Assembly (NCBI GenBank): GCA_965217865.1
Contig: CBDCJO010000002.1
Location: forward strand, 4,640,001-4,704,000
From: Candidatus Latescibacterota bacterium
GTDB lineage: Bacteria; Latescibacterota; UBA2968; SICM01
Direction: 5' to 3'
DNA: 64,000 nt
In this document: piece by piece, positions 8,362 through 16,425 of the stretch
Position numbering within the stretch: position 1 is the stretch's first letter
Layout of the letters: each line of letters opens with the position of its first letter
The notes under the pieces: model-generated
What the model saw: only the letters and a program-made list of their open reading frames with translations
What the model was told of the DNA's origin: nothing
Databases searched by the model: none
Translations under genes and position numbers: made by a program

Positions 8362-9132
8362 ATGAAAAGGGAGATGCAGGGGTCAGGCGTTAGAATTCAG
8401 AATGAAAGACACTTGATTTGGATCTCCTCCTGGTTCCGGACTCCTGGATTCTTGATTCCCACGCTTTTATTTTTCCTGCCTTCGATCGCATCCTCCCAGG
8501 TGATCGACGTCCTCCCGCAGGCCACCGGAGGAGATCTGGAGGGTGTGTGGGTCGCCGACTCTTCCGTTGTTCGGGTTTACGTCCCTCCGGATCTTCCGGA
8601 CCTCAATCTTGTCTTTTCCGGGATGGTCATCGGGCGGTTTACGGTGAACCCCGATAGTACCTATTTCGCTAACTACACCGTTGAAGGTAGCGGTTCAATC
8701 GATCTCCTGGGCAGGAGGTCGTTCGATCTCAACGGCGTGTCTGCGGCGGCCGGACGTTATTCGATCCTCGGGACCGATGTCATGGTTACGGGTTTGGTTG
8801 ATTCCAAATCCGTGGATACCGTGGGCTACAGCGTGGCCGGTGATTCTCTGATGCTCCTGCTTTCATTTCGCGAGTCCTTGCTCGTAAAATTCGGATACAA
8901 TTTCATTCTTCTTCTCCCGTTCAAGAAGACGTCCGTGACGGCCGGTTCTGCGGATTTCGACTCAAACGGACGCGTCGATTTGGATGATTTTTTCGTCTTT
9001 GCAGCGAGCTTCGGCACGGATCGGGACAGCCCGGACTTCGATCTGCGGTTCGACATGAACTCCGATGGCTCGATCGACTTCAATGATTTCTTCATATTCG
9101 CGGAACAGTTTGGACAAGCGAGTGAAACGTGA
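8362..9132 (+). CDS. Secreted protein with C-terminal paired EF-hand/dockerin-like repeats (start uncertain)
   Basis: Hydrophobic signal-like stretch; ADFDSNGRVDLDDFFVF and FDMNSDGSIDFNDFFIF. Confidence 0.75.
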   Translation: MKREMQGSGVRIQNERHLIWISSWFRTPGFLIPTLLFFLPSIASSQVIDVLPQATGGDLEGVWVADSSVVRVYVPPDLPDLNLVFSGMVIGRFTVNPDSTYFANYTVEGSGSIDLLGRRSFDLNGVSAAAGRYSILGTDVMVTGLVDSKSVDTVGYSVAGDSLMLLLSFRESLLVKFGYNFILLLPFKKTSVTAGSADFDSNGRVDLDDFFVFAASFGTDRDSPDFDLRFDMNSDGSIDFNDFFIFAEQFGQASET

Positions 9133-9195
9133 AACGGCAAACGTGAAAAAGGCAGACTGACCTACGAACTCCCCTCCCAAAGAAATATTATCCCT

Positions 9196-10137
9196 GTGAA
9201 AAGGTCAAACGAAAAGAATCTTTCTCAAACGCCTATTTCCCGGATTCGCGAGTGGATCGAGGTTCGTCCGGATGAGGGCCGCCTGACTCTAATGGAAGCC
9301 GATCCCCGAAGAGGCGTGCAGGACCTCGCTCAAAAGACCCGGAGGCGGCTCGCTCGGGCTCAAAAGGAACGAGACCATCAGAAACGGTTGCTCCAGATCG
9401 AAAGCAGGCTCAGAGCGCAGGGGGTCGGATTGATCGCAGGTGTTGACGAGGCGGGAAGGGGGCCGATCGCCGGACCCGTTGTCGCAGCGGCCGTCATCCT
9501 CCCGCCCCACCCCGATCTCCTGGGCCTTGACGATTCCAAGAAATTGCGTCCTGATGTTCGAGAAGTGTTTTTCAACCGTATCCGGGAGCAGGCCCTGGCA
9601 TCCGGGATCGGCATCTCAGATAGCTTTGAAATAGACTGTATCAACATCCTCCAGGCGTCCCTGAAGGCCATGCGAAAAGCCCTGTCCGCCCTCGGGGTGA
9701 TTCCCGACCGTGTCCTTGTCGATGGAAAGCAACTTCCGGGAAGCGGATTGTCCGAGTTGGCCTTCGTAGACGGGGACGCCCGGTCTCTGTCCATCGCGGC
9801 CGCTTCGGTGATCGCAAAGGTGACCCGGGACAGGATGATGTCGGACTACGATCGCGTATATCCGGGTTATGGGTTCGCGGGAAACAAGGGATATGCCAGC
9901 CGCGGCCACCTCAAGGCCGTTCGAGATATGGGGACCTGCCCGATCCACCGAATTTCATTTGGGTCTTTAAGGAAGGACCAGGCGGAAATCGATTTCGAAG
10001 CCGATGAGCCGAAACGGACCGGAGAAAGAGGGAGGAGATCGCCGTATCGGTCCTGGAAAAGAAAGGCTTCGCCATCCTCGAACGGAATTTTCGGGACGGC
10101 GGTGAGATCGACGTCATCGCGACCAAGGGAAGTGTGA
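9196..10137 (+). CDS. rnhB: Ribonuclease HII with N-terminal extension; apparently once fused to YraN (frameshift near 10030)
   Basis: GVDEAGRGPIAGPV, LDDSKKL, SIAAASVIAKVTRD, NKGY, PIHRISF. Confidence 0.93.
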   Translation: MKRSNEKNLSQTPISRIREWIEVRPDEGRLTLMEADPRRGVQDLAQKTRRRLARAQKERDHQKRLLQIESRLRAQGVGLIAGVDEAGRGPIAGPVVAAAVILPPHPDLLGLDDSKKLRPDVREVFFNRIREQALASGIGISDSFEIDCINILQASLKAMRKALSALGVIPDRVLVDGKQLPGSGLSELAFVDGDARSLSIAAASVIAKVTRDRMMSDYDRVYPGYGFAGNKGYASRGHLKAVRDMGTCPIHRISFGSLRKDQAEIDFEADEPKRTGERGRRSPYRSWKRKASPSSNGIFGTAVRSTSSRPREV

Positions 10138-10388
10138 TCTCATTCGTTGAGGTCAAGACGGAAACGGTGGGGGGATTTGGTGATCCAGCCGCCCGAGTGG
10201 ATCATGAGAAGCAAGGCCGACTTGCGAGGACGGCTCAGAAGTTTCTAACGTAGCGAGAGTTCGACGGTCTCGAACCACGCTTCGACGTGATCGCTGTCAG
10301 ATTGAGGGGGAAGGACTTCGAGGCGGATCATATCGAAGGGGCGTTTATGATCCGAAATCGGTTGTTTGACGAGCGGAACGAAGTGTAG
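10010..10388 (+). pseudogene. yraN: YraN/UPF0102 nuclease-like domain, frameshifted from rnhB and interrupted by TAG at 10251
   Basis: Manual translation: KRTGERG/EEIAVSVLEKKGFAILERNFRDGGEIDVIA..FVEVKT..KQGRL..FLT*REF..PRFDVIAV..HIEGAF. Confidence 0.8.
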
Positions 10389-10398
10389 TCGAAGGGGA

Positions 10399-11801
10399 CT
10401 CAGTCACTATGTTAAAAGTAGTTGAGCCTCACTGCTTGAGAGGATATGTTTATTGGAAATCCCGTAGATTCACAATAACTCTCTCTCACAGGAGGCTCAA
10501 GATGGGAAGATATTCGAAACAGGCCTGGAAAGGCAAGTGTCTTTTTATGGTTATCGATCTTCATCGCAAAAGTTGGCACGTGACCATTCGATCCGAAGAT
10601 GGTTTGGTCCTTTTTTCCAACAACATTGGTGGCCGTTGGGAGGACCTGGAGCGATTGTTGTCCCGGTTCTCCGACGCGGGACAGATCTCGGTCGTCTACG
10701 AGGCAGGATATTTTGGGTTTTGGGTATATGATCGGCTGATCGAATATGGGGTAGATGCGCGGGTGACGCCTCCTCATTTGATTCCTCAACGCTCTGGTAG
10801 TCGGGTGAAAAATGATCGTCTGGATAGCGGAAAGTTAGCTGAGTGCCTACAGTCTGGCCAGTTAGAGGCCATATATGTTCCGACTGTGGAAGAGCGTGCG
10901 CATCGGCAAGTGTCCAGGCGTCGTCGTCAGTGCATCGGCAATCGGGTTCGGACTCAAAATCGGATCAAAGCAGAGCTTCGGGTGAATGGGATTGAATTGC
11001 CTCGAGAATCGAGTGGCAAATGGAGCCAGGTCTTTATCGATAAGTTGAGAGCCTTCAGGTTTCAGAATCGGTATCAGCAAGAATGTTTTCAGACCTTGCT
11101 GAATGAATTCGACTTCCAGTCAGAGCAGATCGAAAAGCAGACGAACCTGCTGAAGGAACTTTCAAAAAGCGATGGATATCGGGATCGCGTGGAGATCCTG
11201 ACCTCTACGCCAGGTATCGGTTGGATCAGTGCCATGGAGCTCCTGTTGGAACTGCAGGACGTCGCACGATTTCGAAAGGCTGATCAGTTGGCCGCTTATA
11301 TAGGCTTAACGCCTTCACAATATTCGAGTGGGGAAAACCTCCGGTTTGGACACATCACGCGTCAGGGCAGATCCAGCTTACGGTGCCTGTTGGTTGAGGC
11401 CGCATGGCGAGTCATCAAAAAAGATGGTGCGATGAGAGAAAAGTATGACCGGATCAAAACTCGGGCCGGATCCAAACGAGCTATTGTCGCGATTGCCAGG
11501 ATTCTAATTATTCGGCTCCGAGGGATCCTGATTCGCAAAGAGCCCTATGTGCTGGGACTGGTTTAAGCCTAACGACTGTCCGCACCCTTTTTAAACACCT
11601 CTTTCGATCCGGAGGGAGGAACGGCGTTGTCATCCTTGAAGAGCCTTAGATTACTCCGTGGCTCAGTGTGCCGAATCCTCTCCAAAATCCTCCGGATCGA
11701 TAACTTGTGGCGCTTCGTGTGACCTCGAATAGTAGGCTGGTTGGGTTTGAAAGCGGTGAGGCAACAATCTGTAGATTCCCTTTGACTTTTAACATAGTAG
11801 G
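10399..11801 (+). mobile_element. IS110-family insertion sequence, IS1111-type (outer ends approximate)
   Basis: Perfect 14-bp subterminal IRs ACTATGTTAAAAGT (10406-10419) and ACTTTTAACATAGT (11785-11798); ~220-nt non-coding region 3' of the transposase. Confidence 0.85.
10502..11566 (+). CDS. IS110-family DEDD recombinase/transposase
   Basis: IDLHRK, VYEAG, VKNDRLDS (DEDD residues); GLTPSQYSSGE serine loop; AGGAGG RBS before ATG 10502. Confidence 0.93.
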   Translation: MGRYSKQAWKGKCLFMVIDLHRKSWHVTIRSEDGLVLFSNNIGGRWEDLERLLSRFSDAGQISVVYEAGYFGFWVYDRLIEYGVDARVTPPHLIPQRSGSRVKNDRLDSGKLAECLQSGQLEAIYVPTVEERAHRQVSRRRRQCIGNRVRTQNRIKAELRVNGIELPRESSGKWSQVFIDKLRAFRFQNRYQQECFQTLLNEFDFQSEQIEKQTNLLKELSKSDGYRDRVEILTSTPGIGWISAMELLLELQDVARFRKADQLAAYIGLTPSQYSSGENLRFGHITRQGRSSLRCLLVEAAWRVIKKDGAMREKYDRIKTRAGSKRAIVAIARILIIRLRGILIRKEPYVLGLV

Positions 11802-11840
11802 ATGACATATTTTGGCTAGCGTTATTTCTACACTGAAACC

Positions 11841-12689
11841 ATGAACTTACTCAAAAAGGTAAAAACCGGGTTGAAGTCCCTGGTCAGCAGGGGAATTCCG
11901 GAAAATCTCTGGATCAAGTGTGACCGATGCCATCAGTCCGTTTTCCGAAGGAAGGTGGAACAGGGTAGCGGAACCTGTCCCAACTGCGGGGGGCATTTCC
12001 GGATCGGCCAGAGGGAGTACTTCGAACTCCTTATCGACGGAGGGAGCTTCGAGGAGGTGGCCGGGGAAGTCAAATCCAAGGATTTCCTCAAGTTCAAGGA
12101 CCGGATATCCTATTCAGAACGGCTTAAGCAGATGCGGAAAAAGACCGGTCTTAAAGCGGCGATCTATACGGGGATCGGGCGTATCGATGGGCGTGATGTG
12201 GGGGTCGGGATCCACGAAATCGGGTTTATCGGAGGGAGCCTGGGCTCAGCTGAGGGGGAACGCATCTGCCGGTTGATCAACCGTTGTACACTGGATCGAC
12301 TTCCGCTCGTCCTGGTCTGCAGGTCAGGCGGGGCCCGGATGCAGGAAAGCGCGATGTCCCTGATGCAGATGGCCAAGGTCAGCGCCAAGCTCGCGGGTTT
12401 TTCGCAGGAGGGGTTGCCTTATATCGCGATCCTGTGCGATCCGACTACAGCCGGGGTCACCGCGAGTTACGGAATGCTTGGGGATGTGAACATCGGTGAA
12501 CCGGATGCCCTGATCGGATTTACCGGGGAACGGATCACAGGGAGTTCCGTGAGCCCGGAAGAACAGGAGGAGCTCCGCCGAGCCCAGCGCGCGGAGCTGA
12601 TGTTCAAGAACGGATTCCTTGACATGATCGTCCAGAGGGATGACATGAAAAGGACCGTATCACAGCTGCTGGCGCTTCTTTGCGATTGA
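11841..12689 (+). CDS. accD: Acetyl-CoA carboxylase carboxyltransferase beta subunit
   Basis: LWIKCDRC..CPNC zinc finger, GGSLG, SGGARMQE, SLMQMAK, DPTTAGVTAS. Confidence 0.95.
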   Translation: MNLLKKVKTGLKSLVSRGIPENLWIKCDRCHQSVFRRKVEQGSGTCPNCGGHFRIGQREYFELLIDGGSFEEVAGEVKSKDFLKFKDRISYSERLKQMRKKTGLKAAIYTGIGRIDGRDVGVGIHEIGFIGGSLGSAEGERICRLINRCTLDRLPLVLVCRSGGARMQESAMSLMQMAKVSAKLAGFSQEGLPYIAILCDPTTAGVTASYGMLGDVNIGEPDALIGFTGERITGSSVSPEEQEELRRAQRAELMFKNGFLDMIVQRDDMKRTVSQLLALLCD

Positions 12690-12778
12690 AAGTTTCAGGT
12701 TCGGGTTCAAGGTCCAGGCGAGCAGTGAGGCGCGAGCGGTTGACCTTCACGACTCACATTCCATTGAGAGGAAATGCC

Positions 12779-14119
12779 TTGAAGGGTCTTTTGCAGTTGC
12801 TGGAAGATCGGGAGAAGATCGGCAATCCCCTGCGGGTCGGCCTGATCGGGGCGGGAAAATTCGGATCCATGTTTCTGAGCCAGGCCAGGCGGGTGCCAGG
12901 CCTTCACGTGATGGGGATCGCGGATCTTTCCCTTGAAAAAGCCCGAGAATCGCTCCTGCGGATTGGATGGCAGCAGGAACAATTTTCGGCAAAGGGCTTC
13001 GACCGGGCGCTCAAAACCGGGTCCACCTGTCTGACTGATGACAGCAGTGCCCTGATCAAGGCGGAAGGGTTGGATGTCCTGGTGGAGGCCACGGGCGACC
13101 CTGCCGCAGGAATCCGCCACGCCCTGGCGGCATTTGAATCGGGGAAGCACGTCGTCCAGGTCAGCGTTGAGGCGGACGCGCTGGCAGGATCTCTCCTTGC
13201 CCGAAAGGCTGAAGCCGCGGGCGTGGTCTACAGTATGGCCTACGGTGATCAGCCTGCCTTGATTTGCGAACTGGTCGAGTGGGCCCGCGTCAACGGTTTT
13301 GAGGTCGTGTGCGCGGGTAAGGGCACCAAGTACCTCCCGATCTACAACAGGTCAACACCCGAAAAGGTCTGGGAGCATTATGGCTTCGACAGCGAGGCTG
13401 CCGCAAAGGGGGGGTTAAACCCAAAGATGTTCAACTCGTTTCTGGACGGGACCAAGTCCGCGATTGAAATGGCCGCCGTGGCCAACGCAACGGACCTGGT
13501 TCCCCAGTCCGATGGTTTGGGCTTTCCTCCGTGCAGTGCCAAAGACCTTCCGAACGTCTGCCGGCCTGAAGCAGAAGGCGGCCGGCTTTCGCACAAAGGG
13601 ACGGTCGAGGTGGTGTCCTGCCTGGATCGGGATGGACGCCCGGTCGAACCGGACTTTCGCTGGGGGGTCTATGTGACCTTCGAAGCCCCGAGCGAATATG
13701 TCAAACGCTGCTTTGTCGAATATGGGATGAACACAGATACGACAGGACGCTATGCGGCCATGTACAGACCCTATCACATTGTGGGTCTAGAATTGACTTT
13801 CGGCATCCTTAAAGTGGGTCTACGCGGCGAGGCCACAGGTACGCCTACAGGATTCATTGCGGATGTTGTCGCCCGGGCGAAGCGGGATTTACAGGCCGGG
13901 GAGGTCCTCGACGGGGAAGGCGGGTACAGCGTTTACGGTGTGCTCGCCCGGGCCGAGGAGGCTATGAAGGTTGGAGGGCTGCCGATTGGACTCGCCCGTG
14001 GCGTGAAGTTGAAAAGGGGGATCGTGAAGGATCAGACGGTTCGCTGGTCGGACGTTGAATATGATGAGAAGGATCCCGCGGTGCGATTCCGGAAGGAGAT
14101 GGAAGGGGAAGGGAAATGA
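12779..14119 (+). CDS. Homoserine-dehydrogenase-like NAD(P)-dependent oxidoreductase with C-terminal SAF domain
   Basis: GLIGAGKFG, GDQPALI, NSFLDGTKSAIEMAAVANAT, AKRDLQAGEVLDGEGGY; TTG start after GAGAGG. Confidence 0.85.
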   Translation: MKGLLQLLEDREKIGNPLRVGLIGAGKFGSMFLSQARRVPGLHVMGIADLSLEKARESLLRIGWQQEQFSAKGFDRALKTGSTCLTDDSSALIKAEGLDVLVEATGDPAAGIRHALAAFESGKHVVQVSVEADALAGSLLARKAEAAGVVYSMAYGDQPALICELVEWARVNGFEVVCAGKGTKYLPIYNRSTPEKVWEHYGFDSEAAAKGGLNPKMFNSFLDGTKSAIEMAAVANATDLVPQSDGLGFPPCSAKDLPNVCRPEAEGGRLSHKGTVEVVSCLDRDGRPVEPDFRWGVYVTFEAPSEYVKRCFVEYGMNTDTTGRYAAMYRPYHIVGLELTFGILKVGLRGEATGTPTGFIADVVARAKRDLQAGEVLDGEGGYSVYGVLARAEEAMKVGGLPIGLARGVKLKRGIVKDQTVRWSDVEYDEKDPAVRFRKEMEGEGK

Positions 14120-14197
14120 AAAATGAAAAATAAAAAGTTCAAATTGCAAAATCTAAGGATACAGTGACACAGACGGAACCCGTGTCAGAGCTTAGAC

Positions 14198-14240
14198 CCA
14201 AAAGACAGCCGAGGTGGTTCTCGGCTGTCTTTTGGTTTGG
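14198..14240. terminator. Bidirectional intrinsic terminator between convergent genes
   Basis: Perfect 16-bp stem CCAAAAGACAGCCGAG / CTCGGCTGTCTTTTGG with 6-nt loop. Confidence 0.8.
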
Positions 14241-14244
14241 GCCC

Positions 14245-15456
14245 TCAGGACGCGGAGAGCGATTGGCGGGTTTGGACATCGGAACCCTGTCTTTTGTGAA
14301 GATAAAGCCAAGCCTGAACCCCGAGGGCGAAGAGAATGACGCCGGCTGCGATGAGATAGGGGGAACGAAGCCCGAGATATTCGGCGGCGACCCCTCCGAC
14401 AAGGGGGCCGATAAAAAATCCGCTGCCTATGAGTGCCTCGTGGAAGCCGGTGCTGCGACCTTTCGGGCCTCCCGTGAAAAGGCTGTAAAAGATGCTTGCG
14501 GTAAAGGAGAACCCGGCGAGCACACCGGTGGCGAGGAGGCCAATCGCGAAATCGATGGAGCCGGATCCCAACGCAAGCCAGGCCAAGCCGGCCCCGCCCA
14601 GAAGCTGAGCGGCTGCCAGAGGAGCCAACCGGAACTGCCATCTTTCCGTGCGGGAAACCAGGTAAAATGTGATGAGCATGGCAAGTCCGATAGTGGCCAT
14701 GAGCCGTCCAAGGGAGCCCGGAGGGACGCCAAGATCAGTGGCGAATTTGGGAAAAAGGGACCGGATCGTACCCAAGGCGAAGAAGGTGGCGAAGGTCGCA
14801 ACTCGTGCGATTCGAAGGAAGCGGTCGGTCACCGGGTTGTCCGGTGGAGCCGAATCGGTTGAGGTTGGGCCAATCTCGTGAAATTTTAAATAGAACATGG
14901 AGATGGAGACTATCCCGATCAGGCCGGCGCTGAACAGAAATGGCCATTTCCTGTCAACCCCGTAAAGCGCCCCCCCGATTGCGGGGCCGATCAGGAGGCC
15001 GAATGACCAAGAGACATTGAAAAAGCCGAGAGTCCGCAGGAGTTCCACCCTGGATTTGTGAACTCCCAACCATGCTTGAAGCGGGGCCGAGCAGCCAGAC
15101 TGGAACAGCCGGGTGATGCCGAACAGAACCGCCACGTGGGAGACGCGCGTTGTCCAGATATAGAGGGTGATAGAGAGGGCGATGGCGATGGCGGAAAAGG
15201 AAAAATAGCGCTGATAGCCCAACCGGTCAGAAAGGCGTCCCGAAGCAAGGCAAGCCAGGGTGTAGGTGAGCGAACTGACCGCTCCGATGATGCCCAGGTC
15301 CTGATATGTGGCACCCAGCCACATGGCGAGGAGGGGGATACACAGGCCCATACAGGACATGCTGCAGACCATGACGAAGGCGGCCGTATAGAGATAGGGT
15401 TCTTTTTTCACGGGGCTATTTTTCTTAAAGGAAATCCGACGGCATTCGTAGCCCAC
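14245..15456 (-). CDS. MFS transporter (start may be GTG 15411)
   Basis: About 12 hydrophobic segments; GRLSDRLG MFS motif A. Confidence 0.85.
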   Translation of the reverse strand: MGYECRRISFKKNSPVKKEPYLYTAAFVMVCSMSCMGLCIPLLAMWLGATYQDLGIIGAVSSLTYTLACLASGRLSDRLGYQRYFSFSAIAIALSITLYIWTTRVSHVAVLFGITRLFQSGCSAPLQAWLGVHKSRVELLRTLGFFNVSWSFGLLIGPAIGGALYGVDRKWPFLFSAGLIGIVSISMFYLKFHEIGPTSTDSAPPDNPVTDRFLRIARVATFATFFALGTIRSLFPKFATDLGVPPGSLGRLMATIGLAMLITFYLVSRTERWQFRLAPLAAAQLLGGAGLAWLALGSGSIDFAIGLLATGVLAGFSFTASIFYSLFTGGPKGRSTGFHEALIGSGFFIGPLVGGVAAEYLGLRSPYLIAAGVILFALGVQAWLYLHKRQGSDVQTRQSLSAS

Positions 15457-15477
15457 AATTTTATGGAGAATTCTCTT

Positions 15478-15609
15478 TTATTCAAACTTGATGTTGAACC
15501 TCAGTGAAAGGTACTGGCCCGAGGCGTCCCAAGGGCACTTGTCGTAATAGCCGAAGAAGTGGTGATTGGGACCGATGGTCAGGTTGCGAGCAGGAGGGAA
15601 AGAGCTCAT
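15478..15609 (-). pseudogene. N-terminal remnant of an oligogalacturonate-lyase/TolB-like beta-propeller protein
   Basis: HHFFGYYDKCPWDASGQYL resembles the start of the propeller at 55522 (YYDCCPWNP) but stops after 43 codons. Confidence 0.55.
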
Positions 15610-15718
15610 ATGATGAATCTTTTTGGTTTTGAAATGGACAGAGCGAAAGGGGTTTTCTGCGGTTCGAGGCAAGCCGGATAGGAAAAAAAGGAGGAGTGAG
15701 AGTCGGGCCCCACTTCGG

Positions 15719-16366
15719 TCAGGGCCCAGGAGTGAGTCCGCCGGAATCCGCCATGCGGGTCAGGAGGTCTCTTTCGTTGAGAAAAGGAAGAGAGGAATCC
15801 AGGAAACGGTTGAGCAGACTCTCGGAGTCGAGGTTCGATGTGTCGATCTGCATCTTTTCACTGAGCCAGGATTCGCGGTACTCCCGCTCGAAGCGATCGA
15901 GCACGGTCTGGATATCCCTTCTTTGGACTATGGGGTAATCGTGTGGAGATTGGGACATCCGTCTCTCGATAACCTCAGGACTGGCCGTCAGGAGGACGAG
16001 GAGGGTGTCGGTGGGCATCTCGGTTTCGTATCGCCGGGTTATATCCGGCAATGGCTTTTTCCCCGGATAATAATAAAGGGGGCCATAGACGGCTTCTTCG
16101 ATATGAAATCCCCCAAGGAGGATGTGCTGGAATAGTTTGAGCAACCACACGTGATAGACAACCTGGAAACGCTGGAAGCGTTCCTTCAGGTCCGGGGAGA
16201 GTCCGAGCATCGTTCTCCGGTCCTCTTCGCTCATCATCTGGCGATCGGGGATGGAAAAGTGATCGTCCAGGTGATGCTCGATGCCCTTGACACGGCCCCA
16301 ATCCATGAGACCTTCAATGAGGGTCGTTACTCCGGTGTATTCACAGCCGACGACGATAACGCGCAT
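15719..16366 (-). CDS. Nucleotide-kinase-like P-loop protein with atypical Walker A
   Basis: MRVIVVGCEYTGVTT, LVLLTASPEVIERR, IDTS. Confidence 0.7.
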   Translation of the reverse strand: MRVIVVGCEYTGVTTLIEGLMDWGRVKGIEHHLDDHFSIPDRQMMSEEDRRTMLGLSPDLKERFQRFQVVYHVWLLKLFQHILLGGFHIEEAVYGPLYYYPGKKPLPDITRRYETEMPTDTLLVLLTASPEVIERRMSQSPHDYPIVQRRDIQTVLDRFEREYRESWLSEKMQIDTSNLDSESLLNRFLDSSLPFLNERDLLTRMADSGGLTPGP

Positions 16367-16425
16367 AGGATTTTTACACGTGGACGTAAAACGGCAAACG
16401 TGAGATGGGAGAAACGAATTCCTCT

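Noticed and set aside
451-10388. Genome-wide TAG reassignment
   Set aside because: TAG ends conserved genes at their expected C-termini (modC, lipA, rsmI, the LMF gene).
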